Origin: Neodothiora populina
Taxonomy: Eukaryota
Reading direction: 5' to 3'
Assembly (NCBI RefSeq): GCF_041146345.1
Contig: NW_027191406.1
Coordinates: 372,001-436,000 of the forward strand
DNA: 64,000 bases
Position 1 is the first letter of the stretch. The number at the start of each line of letters is the position of its first letter. Shown piece after piece: positions 39,539-52,908 of this stretch. Both the position numbers and the translations under genes were made by a program. The notes under the pieces are model-generated. The model was not told the origin of the DNA and did no database searches. It was given only the letters and a program-made list of their open reading frames with translations.

Positions 39539-40587
39539 GTCTGGGATCTGGCTGGAAATGGCTCCTATGCAAAGGGAGAGCAGCAGTGAATGGCGGACGG
39601 TACAAGATCTTTACAAAGCGAGAGGTGCGCTTGTTCGCATGGTACGGCCCGGTCTAGCAACGCTGTCAAATCAAGCTATGCAGGTGATTTGTCCAGCTGT
39701 CCAGAAGCTGGCCAAGGTGATACCGCGATGTGTGATTGTTTGGAGACTGATGGCTGGTGGTGACAAGTGTAAGGTATGGGCGAGTGTAAAGTAAGGTAAG
39801 GTACAGTAGGTAGGCATTCCTTCCATTTACAGCGCAAGCGTCGAAGAAAGCGAGAAATGGAATGACGAACGTCTTGGCATGCATCATCTTCAACTCTCCA
39901 CAGTACCTGCTAAGTACCTTAGGTACAAAGTAGTAAGGGGTCTGCATCATTCCAATTGACCACCTTAGTGAAATAGTGAGACTTGGCCACAAATGTGGTT
40001 TGTATTTCAAGGATAAGATAGGTTATCTCGATCGACCTGGTAGCAAAATCGTTGCTGCTTCCAGCTGGGATTGGAGCAGTGTGAAATGCATGTCGAAGTC
40101 AAGGTATATGCCATAATAATGCTGCCTTGGGTTACCTTCCTTAGTATTGATATGCACACCTCAACCTGGCATGTGACGTTGCGGCCTTGTTGTACCATGA
40201 GACACGTAGTATATTGCGAATAGTCTTCGATCAACTACATTTAATATTTTTGTAAATCTATTCCCTCCAACACATATAAGAGTGCAATAGACGTTCTACA
40301 GCTGTACACGTACAAGCTTCGTACCGCTGTACCTCCATCGTACATCGCAACATACAATTGACGTTCAACCAATTTCTAGTAACGGTTTCACGTACACACA
40401 GGACCGGTAGCTATTGTCGCATCCTCGTCCTTGCCTACCTATTTTCTTCACCCTGTGCTCCTGTACACTACATAGTTACCAACCTCATAATTGATCTGAC
40501 GCATGTTACTACTTGTCTGCTTGCCTATCATCCGACAAACTCAAGTAATTGTCCACAAGGGGTCAGACAGACCTGACAACCGCAGCC

Positions 40588-41975
40588 ATGAGCAACAAGA
40601 TGTGGGAGGTCAGCAGAATCTCTATCTCTATCTTTTTGATCGCTCTGTTAATTGCGCGCATTACAGGTCGATCCCGAGACAAGAAGTAAACTTCTCGAAA
40701 TCCAAAAGACCAACGAGAACAACCGCTGCGTAGACTGCGGCGCCCCCAGTCCGCAATGGGTATCGACATTCCCACCCCCCGTCCAACAATCAGTGACCGA
40801 CTAACATGGAACAAAAAAGGCCTCGCCCAAGTTCGGCATCTTCTTTTGTCTATCATGCTCTGGTATTCACAGGTCCCTCGGAGTCCACATTTCCTTCGTG
40901 CGATCAATCACCATGGACTCGTTCAAGGTACAGGAGGTCGAGCGCATGGCCAACGGAGGAAACAAGCCGTGGAAAGACTTCTTTGACGAACACGAGAGCA
41001 ACAAAGTACAGGCTCGCACTTTCGACGAATGCACCATCCAGGAACGATACGACAGCGAGGCCGGCGAGGAGTGGAAGGAGCGGCTGACCGCAAAGGTCGA
41101 GGGCAAGGAATACGTTCCCGGAGAGAAGAAGCCCCGTCCTGCCAAAACCAATATGGAATCATCAAACACCAGCAGAAGCGGTACTCCTGTCGGAAAGACA
41201 TCAGGCTCTGCTTCCACCGCCCCTGGCTCGCTGCCTTCGTCGCAAAAGGCCCAGAATGAAGCCTACTTCGCCAAGATGGGTTCTGCGAATGCCAACAGAC
41301 CCGGCGACTTGCCCCCTAACCAGGGTGGCAAGTTTGCTGGATTCGGCAGCGATCCTTTTCCATCTTCTTCCTCGCAGAGCTCATCCGCCTTACCTGGTGC
41401 CGAAGACTTCCAAAAAGATCCTGTGGCTGCACTGACTAAAGGCTTCGGATGGCTCAGCAGCACAGTCACCAAGCAGGCAGCAACGGGATACAATGGCTGG
41501 GTGAAGCCGAACATGCAAAAGGTAATTGTTTTCCCGATCGTCCAATCCATACTTGACCGTTTCCCCCACTCATGCGTCCGTAACATTCTAGCTCGCCGAA
41601 GCCGACCTGGCAACCCAAGCACGATTGACGGCCGCCCAGCTGGGCCAGAACCTGCAGTCCGGCACCAAAGCAGCAGCCGAGAACTTCAACCGCTTCGTCG
41701 AAGGCGACGAGCGATTGGCTCCACGCAGCGGCGGCGGCAGCAGCGGCAACGCCAACTCGTCCGTCGAGCCCGACAAGCGCGACTTCTGGGAGAGCTTCGG
41801 TGAGGCGCCCAAGGGTCCCGCGCCCGAGAAAAAGGACTTTTGGGACAGTTTCGCGGCTGCCGGCGAGGCGGTGCAGCAGAAGCCGAAGCCTACCAGCATA
41901 GGCACGAGTGCGATGAAGAAGCCGGCTTCGCCCTCACAACCTTCTTCCAAGGACGAACTGTGGGGTGACTGGTAA
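40588..41975 (+). CDS. GCS1: ADP-ribosylation factor GTPase-activating protein Gcs1/ArfGAP1
   Basis: CVDCGAPSPQW|ASPKFGIFFCLSCSGIHRSLGVHISFVRSITMD zinc finger with Arg finger. Introns 40609-40666, 40760-40819 and 41522-41591. Confidence 0.93.
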
Positions 41976-42214
41976 TGCGCTGTCTGTTTCCCTTGTTATT
42001 GATCCCACGACGCTTCGAGTGCACTGTATTTGCTCGGTATATGTGGATTTTTGGATGTTCACAGTGGGGGTTGGGGGATTGCAATAGCTTTGAGATTGGC
42101 CTGAGGCCAAAAGCGACGGCAATGTAGCCATGATTTTTCAGTCGTAGACACGCCCAACCTTATACATACAATTTCCGATAATGGAAGTCTAAACCATCAT
42201 TTTCGTCTTTCTTC

Positions 42215-43144
42215 TTATAGCGCACCCATCTCCTTGAGCTTGGACACCATACCATCCACGTCCTCGACCTTGCCACCTCCTTGTCGTTGCGGAGGCTCGA
42301 CGACCTTGACAGTCTTTAATCGCTGGGTCAGATCGATGCCGTAGTCCTCCATGGTCTTCTTGACCAACGGCTTCTTCTTGGCCTTCATGATATTAGGCAA
42401 ACTGGCGTATCTCGGCTCATTGAGCCTCAGATCCGTCGTGATGACCATGGGCAACTTCGCTTTGAGCGTCTCAACACCGCCATCCACCTCTCTCATAACA
42501 GTGCACATGTCCCCCTCGATCTCAACCTTTGACGCCTGCGTCGCCTGAGCCCACCCCAGCAGCCCAGCGAGCATCTGGCCCGTCTGATTCGCGTCGTCAT
42601 CAATCGACTGTTTGCCGAGAATAACCAAGTTCCGATCCTCCTCCTCGACGACCTTCTTGAGCAATTTCGCAACATGCAGCGGCTCGAGCTCGCCCTTGTC
42701 CTGCACGACGTGGATCGCGCGGTCTGCGCCCATGGCCATGGCCGTGCGCAGAATGTCCTGCGCCTTGGCGGGCCCGGCCGACAGCGCCAAAATGTCCTTG
42801 ACGTCGAGCTTGCGCTCGCGCATGCGTACTGCTTCTTCGATCGATAGCTCGTCGAACGGGTTCATGCTGTGCTTCACGCCGGCGGTTTCTACGGCCGTTT
42901 GCGTCTTGTTCACGCGCGGCTTGACCTGTTTTCTTGCGTGTTAGTTACTTGGCGTTGCTTTGATTTGCTTTTCTGGATATTCTGGTCTCTGATGGTCATG
43001 GTGCTGGAGTATTGTAGAGTGGTGCTTCTTAAATCTCAAGAGTGGGGTGGGGGCGAGCAGCAGAGAGTGTGTAAAAGGTTGGTCTGCACGAACCGCGTAG
43101 TCAATCACCCGCTTGATGGGCACAAGAATTCGTAGTCCGGACAT
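42215..43144 (-). CDS. CIR1: Electron transfer flavoprotein beta subunit
   Basis: LRILVPIKRVIDYA|VKPRV, SMNPFDE, AMGADR, GKQSIDDD..QTGQMLAG, DLRLNEPRYASLPNIMKAKKK. Intron 43093-42926. Confidence 0.95.
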
Positions 43145-43901
43145 TTTTCTTGCTTGGATGGAACTGTATACGAAAAAAAAGAGAGATGGCGAGGGAAGTC
43201 ACTCGTGACTGTCTATTGTGTGGAATGCGGACAAGAAGAAGCAACCGCATAAATGGTAACAGCGACTTCGGAGAATCTGCGCTTTACATGGTGTGGGGAA
43301 AGGTCCTGCTCGTTCGATACATGATGTAGCCGCGGTCCAAACCTTGACCGTCTTGAGGCATGTACCTTACCGTAGCCTCATGTGCACATTGCCTTTGCAT
43401 GCCGAGGCACTACTTTTACCTATATAGGGTACCTATCATCAAGAGTTACAATAATCATGGCTTGCTTCACTGATAGACGCCAAAGGCGCTTCGGACGGAC
43501 CTCACATGTTCGCTCATTCTCCAGATATGCACGGTGTCCTCGTTAAGATGTGGAAAAAGCATCAGATTTCTTTTCATCATCCTAATAGTACATATTGTAA
43601 TTTTTTGGTGTAAAAACAGAGTCGTTAGGCTGCTAGCAGATACAACCCCATGGGAAATAATATCGTATAATGAACCCCAGAAGTCTGAGTTTCTTCTCAT
43701 CGAAATCATAGAGTCAGGGGTCAGATAGTAAGACCAGCATCAACGAATACTCGCTGTTAGGATGTTGACTAAATAAACATGCAAATATTGATGGGCAGCC
43801 GGTCAAGCAAAGAGGGTCGTAAAATAAGTTGGACAATGGGTGTGCTGCATGGCGTCATTGTGCCATGTAGCGACATTCGTCCTGTTGAACAGACGGCGCG
43901 T

Positions 43902-45181
43902 TTACTGAGCAACGGCAGCCTCAGTGTTGGCGGAACCCTCGGCGGCGGAGGGGGTGCCGTCAGTCTCGGCCTCACCCTCGATGGGGGCGTTGGGGTCCTC
44001 GTCTTCCTTTCCAGGGGAGTCAATGGCGACCTTGACAGCGATCTCGCGACCGTCAATGTCCTTGCCGTTCATTTCGGCGCAGGCCTTCTGCTGAAGCTCC
44101 TCGGTGGCGAGTGTCACGAAACCGAAACCACGGCCCTTGCGAGGCTCGTTGCGGGCTTGAAGCTTGCGGACCATGAACCTGGGAATAGGACGAAGAGCGA
44201 TCTTGGCGGAAGAGGGGTTGTACTCGGCGAAAATCTCAAGGAGCTGCTCGACGATTAGCATTATGCTTTATGCACCTTCCCCATTCGCGGCAAAACTTCA
44301 CCTTTTCCTCACGAAGGTCATAAGGCAGGTTGGCAACCATGACCTTGGTCTTGGAAGGAACGCCGTCCTCGGGAGGACCACGCTGCTTACGGGGACGAAG
44401 AGCATCAGTCTTGCCAGTCTTGCTGGGGTCGACCTCGAGAGAGCCCTCCTCACCAGGAGCAGCGGAAAGAGCCTCGTTAGTAGTATCGGTGAGAGGAAGG
44501 ACCTGGCCAGGAACGTTGGTTGGGCCGTCGGTAGACTCCTCGCCTTCGGCCTTGCGGGGCTGTCTACTCGTCAGCATAATCAAAGAGTAGATCTTCGGTC
44601 GTTGTCACTCACACCACGTCCACCACGACCGGCACGGCCACCTCTGAAGCGGCCACGTCCACGGCCACGGGTGGAGCTGCGACGGCGAGTGCCCTCCTGA
44701 CCCTCAGTGCCCTCTTGAGCGGGCTCAGGCTTGCGTGCAAGCTGCACGGAAACCTTGCGGTCCAGGATGGTCTTGCCGTTGAGCTCCTGAATGGCACGCT
44801 CAGCCTCAGAAGGAGTCGAGACGTCAACAAAGGCGTAGCCGACTGGGCGAGTAGTGCGGGGGTTGGTGGGGATAGACGTAGTCTCACTAAAAGGGGGTCG
44901 CACGATCAGCATTCCGGACACAACGCCAATAACAACAAGTCAAGCAGAACTTACACAAGGTAGTCCTTGAAGAAGTCCTTCAACTCTCCCTCAGTGGTCG
45001 CATAGGCGAGGTTTCCAATGTAGAGTCTCCTACCCTCAGCGGCGCTGGCGATGACAGCTTCGTTCTGAGATGCGTTGATGGGCTTGTCGCCGCCAGCGCC
45101 GACGTTTGCGCCGTCGGCAGTGGCGGTGGGCTCATCGAGGGTAGTGTTTGCCATTTGGGCGGTGGCAGCTTCGACGGACAT
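43902..45181 (-). CDS. RRM-RGG-RRM RNA-binding protein (Sbp1-like architecture)
   Basis: RRM1 LYIGNL/VGYAFV, RG-rich linker, RRM2 VMVANL/RGFGFV. Introns 44954-44887, 44612-44560 and 44301-44244. Confidence 0.88.
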
Positions 45182-45913
45182 GATGGAGATTGTAGTTTGA
45201 AAGTTGATGACACGGAAGAAAGTCGTGTAAGAAACTGGGAGTCCTGGTAGAGCCTTGGGGTCTGCCTTTGAACGGTGAGAAGGAGTTTAGATTGTCGAGA
45301 CCGCCTTGAGTGGGTGGAAACTGGCTTGACGAGGGAGAGTTGGGATTGGGTAGCTAGGTGCCCGATGAAAATTGAGAATGGGGGGTGATCGAAAAGTTGT
45401 GGTGAATGTCTTGACTGTTTGTTTGATGGAAGGGGAGAGCTGTACAGATGACAGCAAGGAGGTTCAATTTTAATGAGTGTCCGTGAATGTGACGCTTGCT
45501 GCTTCCGGATTAGTGTGGCAACTTACCTCATTGCTCCTGCAGCAAAAGCGCAGCAAAAGCGCAGCAGAGCAAGAGTCGGAGCTTACGTAACAACGTCATA
45601 CTCTGGGGTAGTGGCGGATTGTGAAAGGTTAAGGACTCGGCAGCAAATGTAAATGCTTGACAGATGGCATGGCCGAGACGCCATATGTAGTACCGGTGTT
45701 CGCACGTTGAGGTATTGCATGTGAAACATGTACTACTGACATCTTTTGCTTTGACTCTTGTGTTTCATCTGATCGTTCTATACTGCTTCTCGCATCTGGT
45801 TCCATTGTGACGAAGAAGTGGCCCATCCATTTTAGCTCTTCATTTCGCCTCTCACAAGATCTTGACCTGGATCACTTTAGTCGGCGCATCGAAGCCTCAT
45901 CGTAGCTGTCTGA

Positions 45914-48004
45914 ATGAACAACACCGAACATGGCCCTGCTGTAAAAGGGCATGAAAGAAGGTAGTCGCCACACACCCTTACATAGCACAATGTGTGTATG
46001 TGTTGTAGCCATGCGAAATCTCATCTTGTCACAGGTCTGCGAAAAACAAGCCTCGTACAAGATCTGCGCTCGTGCTTTATGGCACCGAAACAGGAAATGC
46101 CCAAGACTTAGCTGATGAGGTTGGCCGACTTACAGAGCGACTCCGATTTGAGACTACTGTGATAGATCTTGATTCGATCGAGCTCGTATGTCACCTCACT
46201 CTTTACATTCAATCTCGCGCATACTAATACTATCTAGCAAGATCTTGTGAATTTCACTATTGTCATCGTCGTCTTATCTACTACAGGTCAGGGCGAGTTT
46301 CCTCAGAATGCTCGCTCGTTCTGGAGAGTCCTTTTGAGCCGACAGTTGCGCCCAGGTGTACTACGACGTGTCAACTTCACCACCTTCGGGCTGGGTGACA
46401 GCTCATATCCGCGATACAATGTCGCACACCGTATGCTGCACACTCGGCTACTGCAGCTTGGCGCTCAATTGTTCTGTCCGCGTGGCGAGGGGAATGAGCA
46501 ACACCCCGAAGGACATACTGGAGAGTTTCGCTCTTGGATATTAGACCTCAAGGATAGTCTCCTGACTCATTTCCCCCTCGGTGATGGACAAGAGATCATC
46601 AGCGAGGGCGTCTTCTTAGAACCAAAGTGGATCCTCGAAAGTGCTGATGTCCGAGATTCATCCACTAACGGGGTGACCGCAATCGATACCCTCGTCCTCA
46701 CTCCGGAAACTCCTCCTGCACAGGATCTGATCCCAATCAATGACGCCGTCGTTGCAGACTTGACCTCGAACACGCGTCTCACACCCAGTGATCACACTCA
46801 AGACGTGCGCCTATTGGATCTATCAATTAAAGACGAGATCGAATATGGTCCCGGCGCTGTTGCTGTAGTATATCCGAAAAACTTCCCCAAGGATGTTGAA
46901 CAATTCATTCGCGATCAAGAATGGCAGGATGTTGCAGACGTACAGATAAAAGTTGTACCAACGAAAAGAGATGCAGATCTGAAGACCTACCCCCCTTCGC
47001 CCTTGAGACATATCAGCACAGGAAAACAGACATTCACCCTGAGAGAGCTCCTGACAAATTATCTCGACATCTTGTCTATACCGCGAAGGACTTTCTTTTC
47101 GAACCTGGCGTATTTCACGAAGGAAACCAACGAAGACGAGGAGTATCAAAAGGAGCGCATTCTTGAGTTGGCCAATCCTGAGCTGATAGATGAGCTTTGG
47201 GACTATACCACGCGTCCGAAGCGTACCATTCTGGAAATCATGCCTGATTTCCCCAGTATCAGGATACCATGGCAGTATGCTCTGACGATTCTGCCTATAA
47301 TGCGCGGACGACAATTCAGCATTGCTAGCGGCGGCACACTAAAATCCAACGACAACGGCGGGACAAGAGTACAGCTACTCGTGGCCATTGCAAATCCACC
47401 TAATCCTATCATCAAGTTTAGGAAGCGATACGGTGTTTGTACACGATACATTGCTACGTTAGAGGCTGGTCAGCAAATCGCACTCACCATTCAGCCCGGC
47501 TATCTCAATGTTGGAAGGGAAGAACTACAAGTCCCTATCCTCATGGTGGGACCGGGAACTGGGGTAGCACCCATGCGCTCCATGATACATGAACGAAGAC
47601 AATGGGCTAGAGACATGGAAGACACTGTATGTGCCTCTGAGAGCTACCTTTTCTTCGGGTGCCGCAATGAAGGTGCCGACTACTTCTTCCGGGAAGAGTG
47701 GGAGGGTCTGTCCGGGCTAGGACTTACCGTCTTTCCCGGCTTCTCGCGAGACAAGGACAAACCCAGGACTTATGTACAAGAACTGTTGCGCAAAAATGCC
47801 AGTATAGTACGCGAAGTTTTGCTGCAGCGTCAAGGCAAGATCTATATATGCGGAGCTTCCGGGAACATGCCGAAAGGGGTCCGTGAAGCTTTGCTCGAGA
47901 TAATGGGAGGCGATGAAAGGTTTCAATCCCAGGAAGGTGATCAAGTAGAAGCATACCTTGACGAACTCGAAAGGGAGGGTCGCTACAGGCAAGAGACATG
48001 GTAG
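45914..48004 (+). CDS. TAH18: NADPH-dependent diflavin oxidoreductase Tah18/NDOR1 (start uncertain)
   Basis: LYGTETGNAQD, STTGQG, FGLGDSSY, RQFSIAS, GPGTGVAPMRS, FFGCR, IYICG, RYRQETW. Intron 46186-46237. First exon ambiguous (ATG 45914, 45951 or 45990). Confidence 0.92.
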
Positions 48005-48852
48005 TCAAGGGTCTGCACTTAGCGTGTACTTATCATCTATGACCCTTCTCAAGCTCGACCGCATAGATGCTGGAGCTGCAAAAAGCATGATACGACATGA
48101 CAGCGAAGCATCTTGCCGGACAACACCATCAACGCTTTGATCGACACGTTTTGTGCTCATGTGTTGAGTCCATCAATTAAGCTATGTGCTATCTGACTGA
48201 TTAATGTCGAATAATGACCTGCCTCCCTTGAATAGACTAAAAGATAAGAGATAAGACAGATTTACCATCACAGTGTCCACAACCTGGCGTCGTTTCATGC
48301 AGCCACGTCTCGAGCCCGTTGATCATCCCTGAGCTGACTCTATTGATCATTCGGATCTAATGTACTTTCAGTATCGTCTGCTTTGTAATAATCGTAAGTT
48401 CGAAATAAACACCGCATGTTCTTAGCTTAAGGATTAGGCGTGAACGGAGTAGAGATCACGCCGACGCCGAGCAGAATTGTCGGCGGAAGCGCATCGGCGG
48501 AAGCGCGCGCTGGGGGTACTTGTAGATTACCTTACCTTAATTGGGATGGAGCACGGAGGTACGAAGTCATGATGCAATCCGACCAGCTCATGTGTGGGGA
48601 TATGCGAGCCCTTACGAAAGTACAGTCTATCAGTTCATCCTTGCACGACTGTTTAGAGCGGTACGAGTCCCTGATAGATAAACTTCCACTTGAAAGTGAA
48701 AGATGGAGACTTGAACTTTTGCACCTCTAATTCTGAGACCGACGAAACGTACAACACAGTCGTTAGAAATAGGAGTCCGCAGTGACATATACAACCTTAC
48801 CATCCAGATCAGACCAGAACGATATTCGCCATCGTACTTCTAGAGGCCCACG

Positions 48853-50748
48853 ATGGACGCCGATACAGATGCTGCCTTCGTAGGAGACGCTAATATCGAT
48901 GGCACAAGAAAGCACCTAGCACCTGAAAGCATGGGCAATGGTATGCTTGGGGAAGGAAACACACTGAGCGCGAAGGGAGGCATAGATGCGCATGTGGCAG
49001 AAGAAACAGCCGACGAGGGTCTTGACTTGCTTTCTCCCATGCCGAATGACGATCCCAATGATGATAGAGGATCTGGACACGAGTTTACTGGTGCAGATGA
49101 TTTCACAGATCTGCCGTGGTGGAGACGACCTTCGGTACGAGGGTCTAAACAAGAAGACATCGACGCAAATACTGACTGTATCTAGATCTACTGGATGCTG
49201 GCTCCATTCTTGGTCATGACCCTCGCGTTTGGCGGGATAATTACACCAAAACTGAACATTATCTTGAACCTCATCTGCCGGGAATATATCTCTGAACAAC
49301 AGACATCGAATCCAGCTTTCTCATTCCTTCCTGTTTTAGTCAGTGGGGAAAATCCTCAATGTCGCATACCGGAAGTCCAGTCAAGGGTTGCACAATTCAC
49401 ATTATATGGCAACCTCATTGCAGGTCTGCTCTCTGCAATCACAAGTCCCAGACTCGGCGCTCTTTCTGATCGGTATGGCCGAACCAAGATTCTTAGCTTG
49501 ACGAGTATCGGTACAATTGCTGGGGAGGTGATAACAATCCTCGCAGCCAAGTATCCAGAGAAAGTGGCCGTCAACTGGATCCTGGTCGGTTTTGCCGTGG
49601 ACGGCATATGCGGATCTTTCATCGCTGCAATGGCAATATCCAACGCGTATGCGACTGATGTGACGGCTCCCGCCAAACGTAATATTGCTTTCGGCTACTT
49701 CCATGGATGTCTTTTCACTGGTATCGCTATAGGTCCTATACTTGCTGGGTTGATCGTCAAGCAGACAGGCAACCCGCTTTCCATCTTCTACATCTCGTTA
49801 GGTGTACACCTCTGGTTTGTTCTATTTGTGTTTCTTATCATACCCGAATCGCTTTCCAAGCAAAGACAGCATGCTGCAAGGCACAGACATCATCAAGAGA
49901 AGACTATGGCAGGCTCATCATCTGATTGGATTGATCAATTGCGGGCAATCAACCTATTGGGGCCGTTGAAAATACTCTGGCCTCGGGGCGAAGGTAGTTC
50001 TCCAGCGCTGCGGAGAAACCTCGTCTTCCTCGCTGCGGTAGACACTATACTCTTTGGTGTTGCCATGGGATCCATGACGGTGGTCATCATCTACACCAAT
50101 TATCAATTTGGCTGGGGCAGTTTCGAGTCCGGTGTGTTCCTATCCATAGTGAACACATGCAGGGTCACATGCCTGGTCCTCGTTCTCCCGTTGATTACGA
50201 GGTATGTGCGCGGTAAGGCGAGCTCAGTCCGCCAGCGTAGTTCGGGCAGTGACACATTTGACCTTACGGTCATACGAGTTGCTGTCTTCTTTGACACGCT
50301 TGGCTATCTAGGCTACGCTCTGGCTCGTACAGGACCTCTCATGATCCTGTCTGGGTCCATTGCCAGTATTGGTGGCATCGGCTCGCCGACCTTGCAGTCC
50401 GCTCTGACAAAACATGTCCCGGCCGACCGCGTTGGGCAACTATTAGGTGCGTCTGGTCTACTGCATGCGCTTGCGCGAGTTATTGCACCAACCATTTTCA
50501 ACGCCATCTATTCAGCCACGGTTGGCAAGTTCACGCAGACCGTCTTCGTCTGTCTCGCTAGCACATTCGGTCTAGCCTTCATCTTGAGCTGGTTCGTGAG
50601 GCCTCATGGTAAGTCATTGATTCCCCTGCCCGACTGGAATTGAGAGCAATGCTGATATGGCTGTGCAGTCTACCTTCACGAGCATGTCGAGCCTCCACCC
50701 CAGGAGTATCGCGACGAGGAGATCAATGAAGCTGATGATCCACTTTGA
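48853..50748 (+). CDS. MFS transporter (tetracycline-efflux-like family)
   Basis: Many TM helices, MFS motif A GALSDRYGR, AYATD, IPESL. Introns 49135-49185 and 50609-50668. Confidence 0.9.
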
Positions 50749-52908
50749 GATGTTTTGTAAATATATTTTTGTAACTTGGCAAGATATGCATTGGCTACCA
50801 GCCCTCTGTGTTCTTTCTCTTCTTTTTTTGGGACGGCTTCTTATGGTATGATCTTACTGCATAGCGTAATAGATATAGCACATATGTGAAATCGACGATA
50901 CGTTACGATTTTTTATCTATGTCCAAAATTTGCTCGTCTTTAGCATTTTGTAGGTTACAACCACCAGTGATCAAAGAAAAACACAGTCTTGAGATACAGC
51001 TACGTTGCGAGGAACGGATTGTATTCCAGACGTGTCTGGAATGACTTCGAGACCACATCTGCATCACTAAGGGCTACACACCCGATGGTTGCACTACATC
51101 TTGCTATGGAAGTAGTATGTCTCGTCAAGCCCTAGCCCCATATAGCTAGTCCGCTGTGGCAGCCACTCGGGCGGTGAACTGCTTCGACAACCTGTTCACT
51201 TTCAGCAAGCAGGCACATCTCCTCCCGGCTGTGGACCCTTGTGTGAACACATGCACATAAGGTATGGAAGAATACAGGTCAAGGCATGCAATAAGGACTG
51301 ATCACGATGGCGACCGTGACATTACAGACGGACGAGGGCACCTAAGCAAATCTCAATCCCAGCGCTGGCATGCCCTAGTCAGCCCCGGAGATGTTCATAC
51401 CGTGGTGGTACTGAGACTACAGCCAAGTAAGAACCAAGCAAGAGCTGCTATCGCACGCCTCGGCACTAAGGCTTGGAGGGACCTAAGATTACACCTATCA
51501 ATATCTAAACTTAAGTCGAGATGAACACGATATGGGAAGCTGTCAAGATATAACGCCTAACGCTTCTGTGCCGGAAACATGAAGCTTCTTAAGATAAACA
51601 GGTACAGCAGATTGGAGGCGTGAAGTTGACCTAGGAGCAGACGATGCATGAGTCGACTCTTGTGACAGTAGCTATGGTAAAATGGGCTGCTGATTGCGAT
51701 CTATGTGTAGTACGCATACCCTACGTACGTACTGTATGCACAAATCTAATGTAAATACCATCCTGTCACAGTAGCAAACACAAAGCACAGTATCGAAGAC
51801 AAACAAAGTGCAAGCAACCCGCAAGGGAAAATGTCTCAGATCGTTAGATTGTTGAGGATGAGTAAAAGTAAATCAAAGTATTGTCCAAGTGGGAGACCGT
51901 CGCACAAAAGCACAGTACATTTCTTACCTTACCTTTGCTTTGTGTCACTTCGAAGGAAACCTGGAAATCCTCTTACCCCTTAATGACGACACCCAAGAAA
52001 AACAAGCTTAGAAAGTGAGCGGTTGCGCAGCAAGCAAGCAAAGTGCTGCCCTACCAGCCGGCCCAGCCCTGTAAATGTGAAAAAGCATGAAACAAATCTC
52101 GCAATAATAATAAGCAAAGGATCTCAAACGCGAAGTGCCTTGCTCCTTGGCTCTGCCTAAGGCTGTCTTGTGCTTTTACCCTTTTTTCTGTTAAAGTGCG
52201 ACAGAAGAGACAAAAAACGAGTATGCAAGATGTCACCATTAGTGAAGATCACTTGGGCTACACTCGTATCGCGGTTCCAAGGAGCGGGAAAAGGGCGTTA
52301 GAGACGTTGGAGTCTCAAGAGCGAATGGAATGCACGGTACAGCAGGTGGGCGAAGTCCTGAGACGATCAGCATTTGGATGAAGATGGATCTTCGGACCAG
52401 GTCCAGCTCCGAAGGATGACTTGTTCTACCGTGCCTTCGCGTCGCAGAGGACGGGTCTACAGCACATGACAAATCCGCACGTAATTGGCTTGAATCTGTG
52501 GATCAAGTTATGATGTTACTGTGCACGGCGAATGTTTGCAAGCTGTGGACTTTTTGTTATGAACGTGTTCGCTCGTTTTGCTGAGCTCTATATGGTGCTG
52601 TCGTTGATGTAAGAATAAGACGTATCTACAAAAGAAGCCGTAAAAGGCAAGAGTGTATTTCCAGCAAGAAGAGTTGGGAAGGAATCAGAATAACGCCACG
52701 CTCCTCCCACATTTTACAGTAGCCGTAGCTATGGAAAAATGATACTGACTTCCCCCCCGATTACCCATTGTCAACGCCCGCTAAAGTCGAATCATATGAG
52801 ACTTGAAGCGAAAATGAAATGAAAAGAAAAGAAAGCACCCTTGGAAGCATGTTTCTATACAAGGGATGAGGCGTGCTGAAGAACTGTGTTGAAGCATTAA
52901 GTACGAAT

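Noticed and set aside
42926..43093. Unusually long 168-nt ETF-beta intron as a snoRNA host or stwintron
   Set aside because: No C/D boxes, H/ACA hairpins or nested splice signals found.
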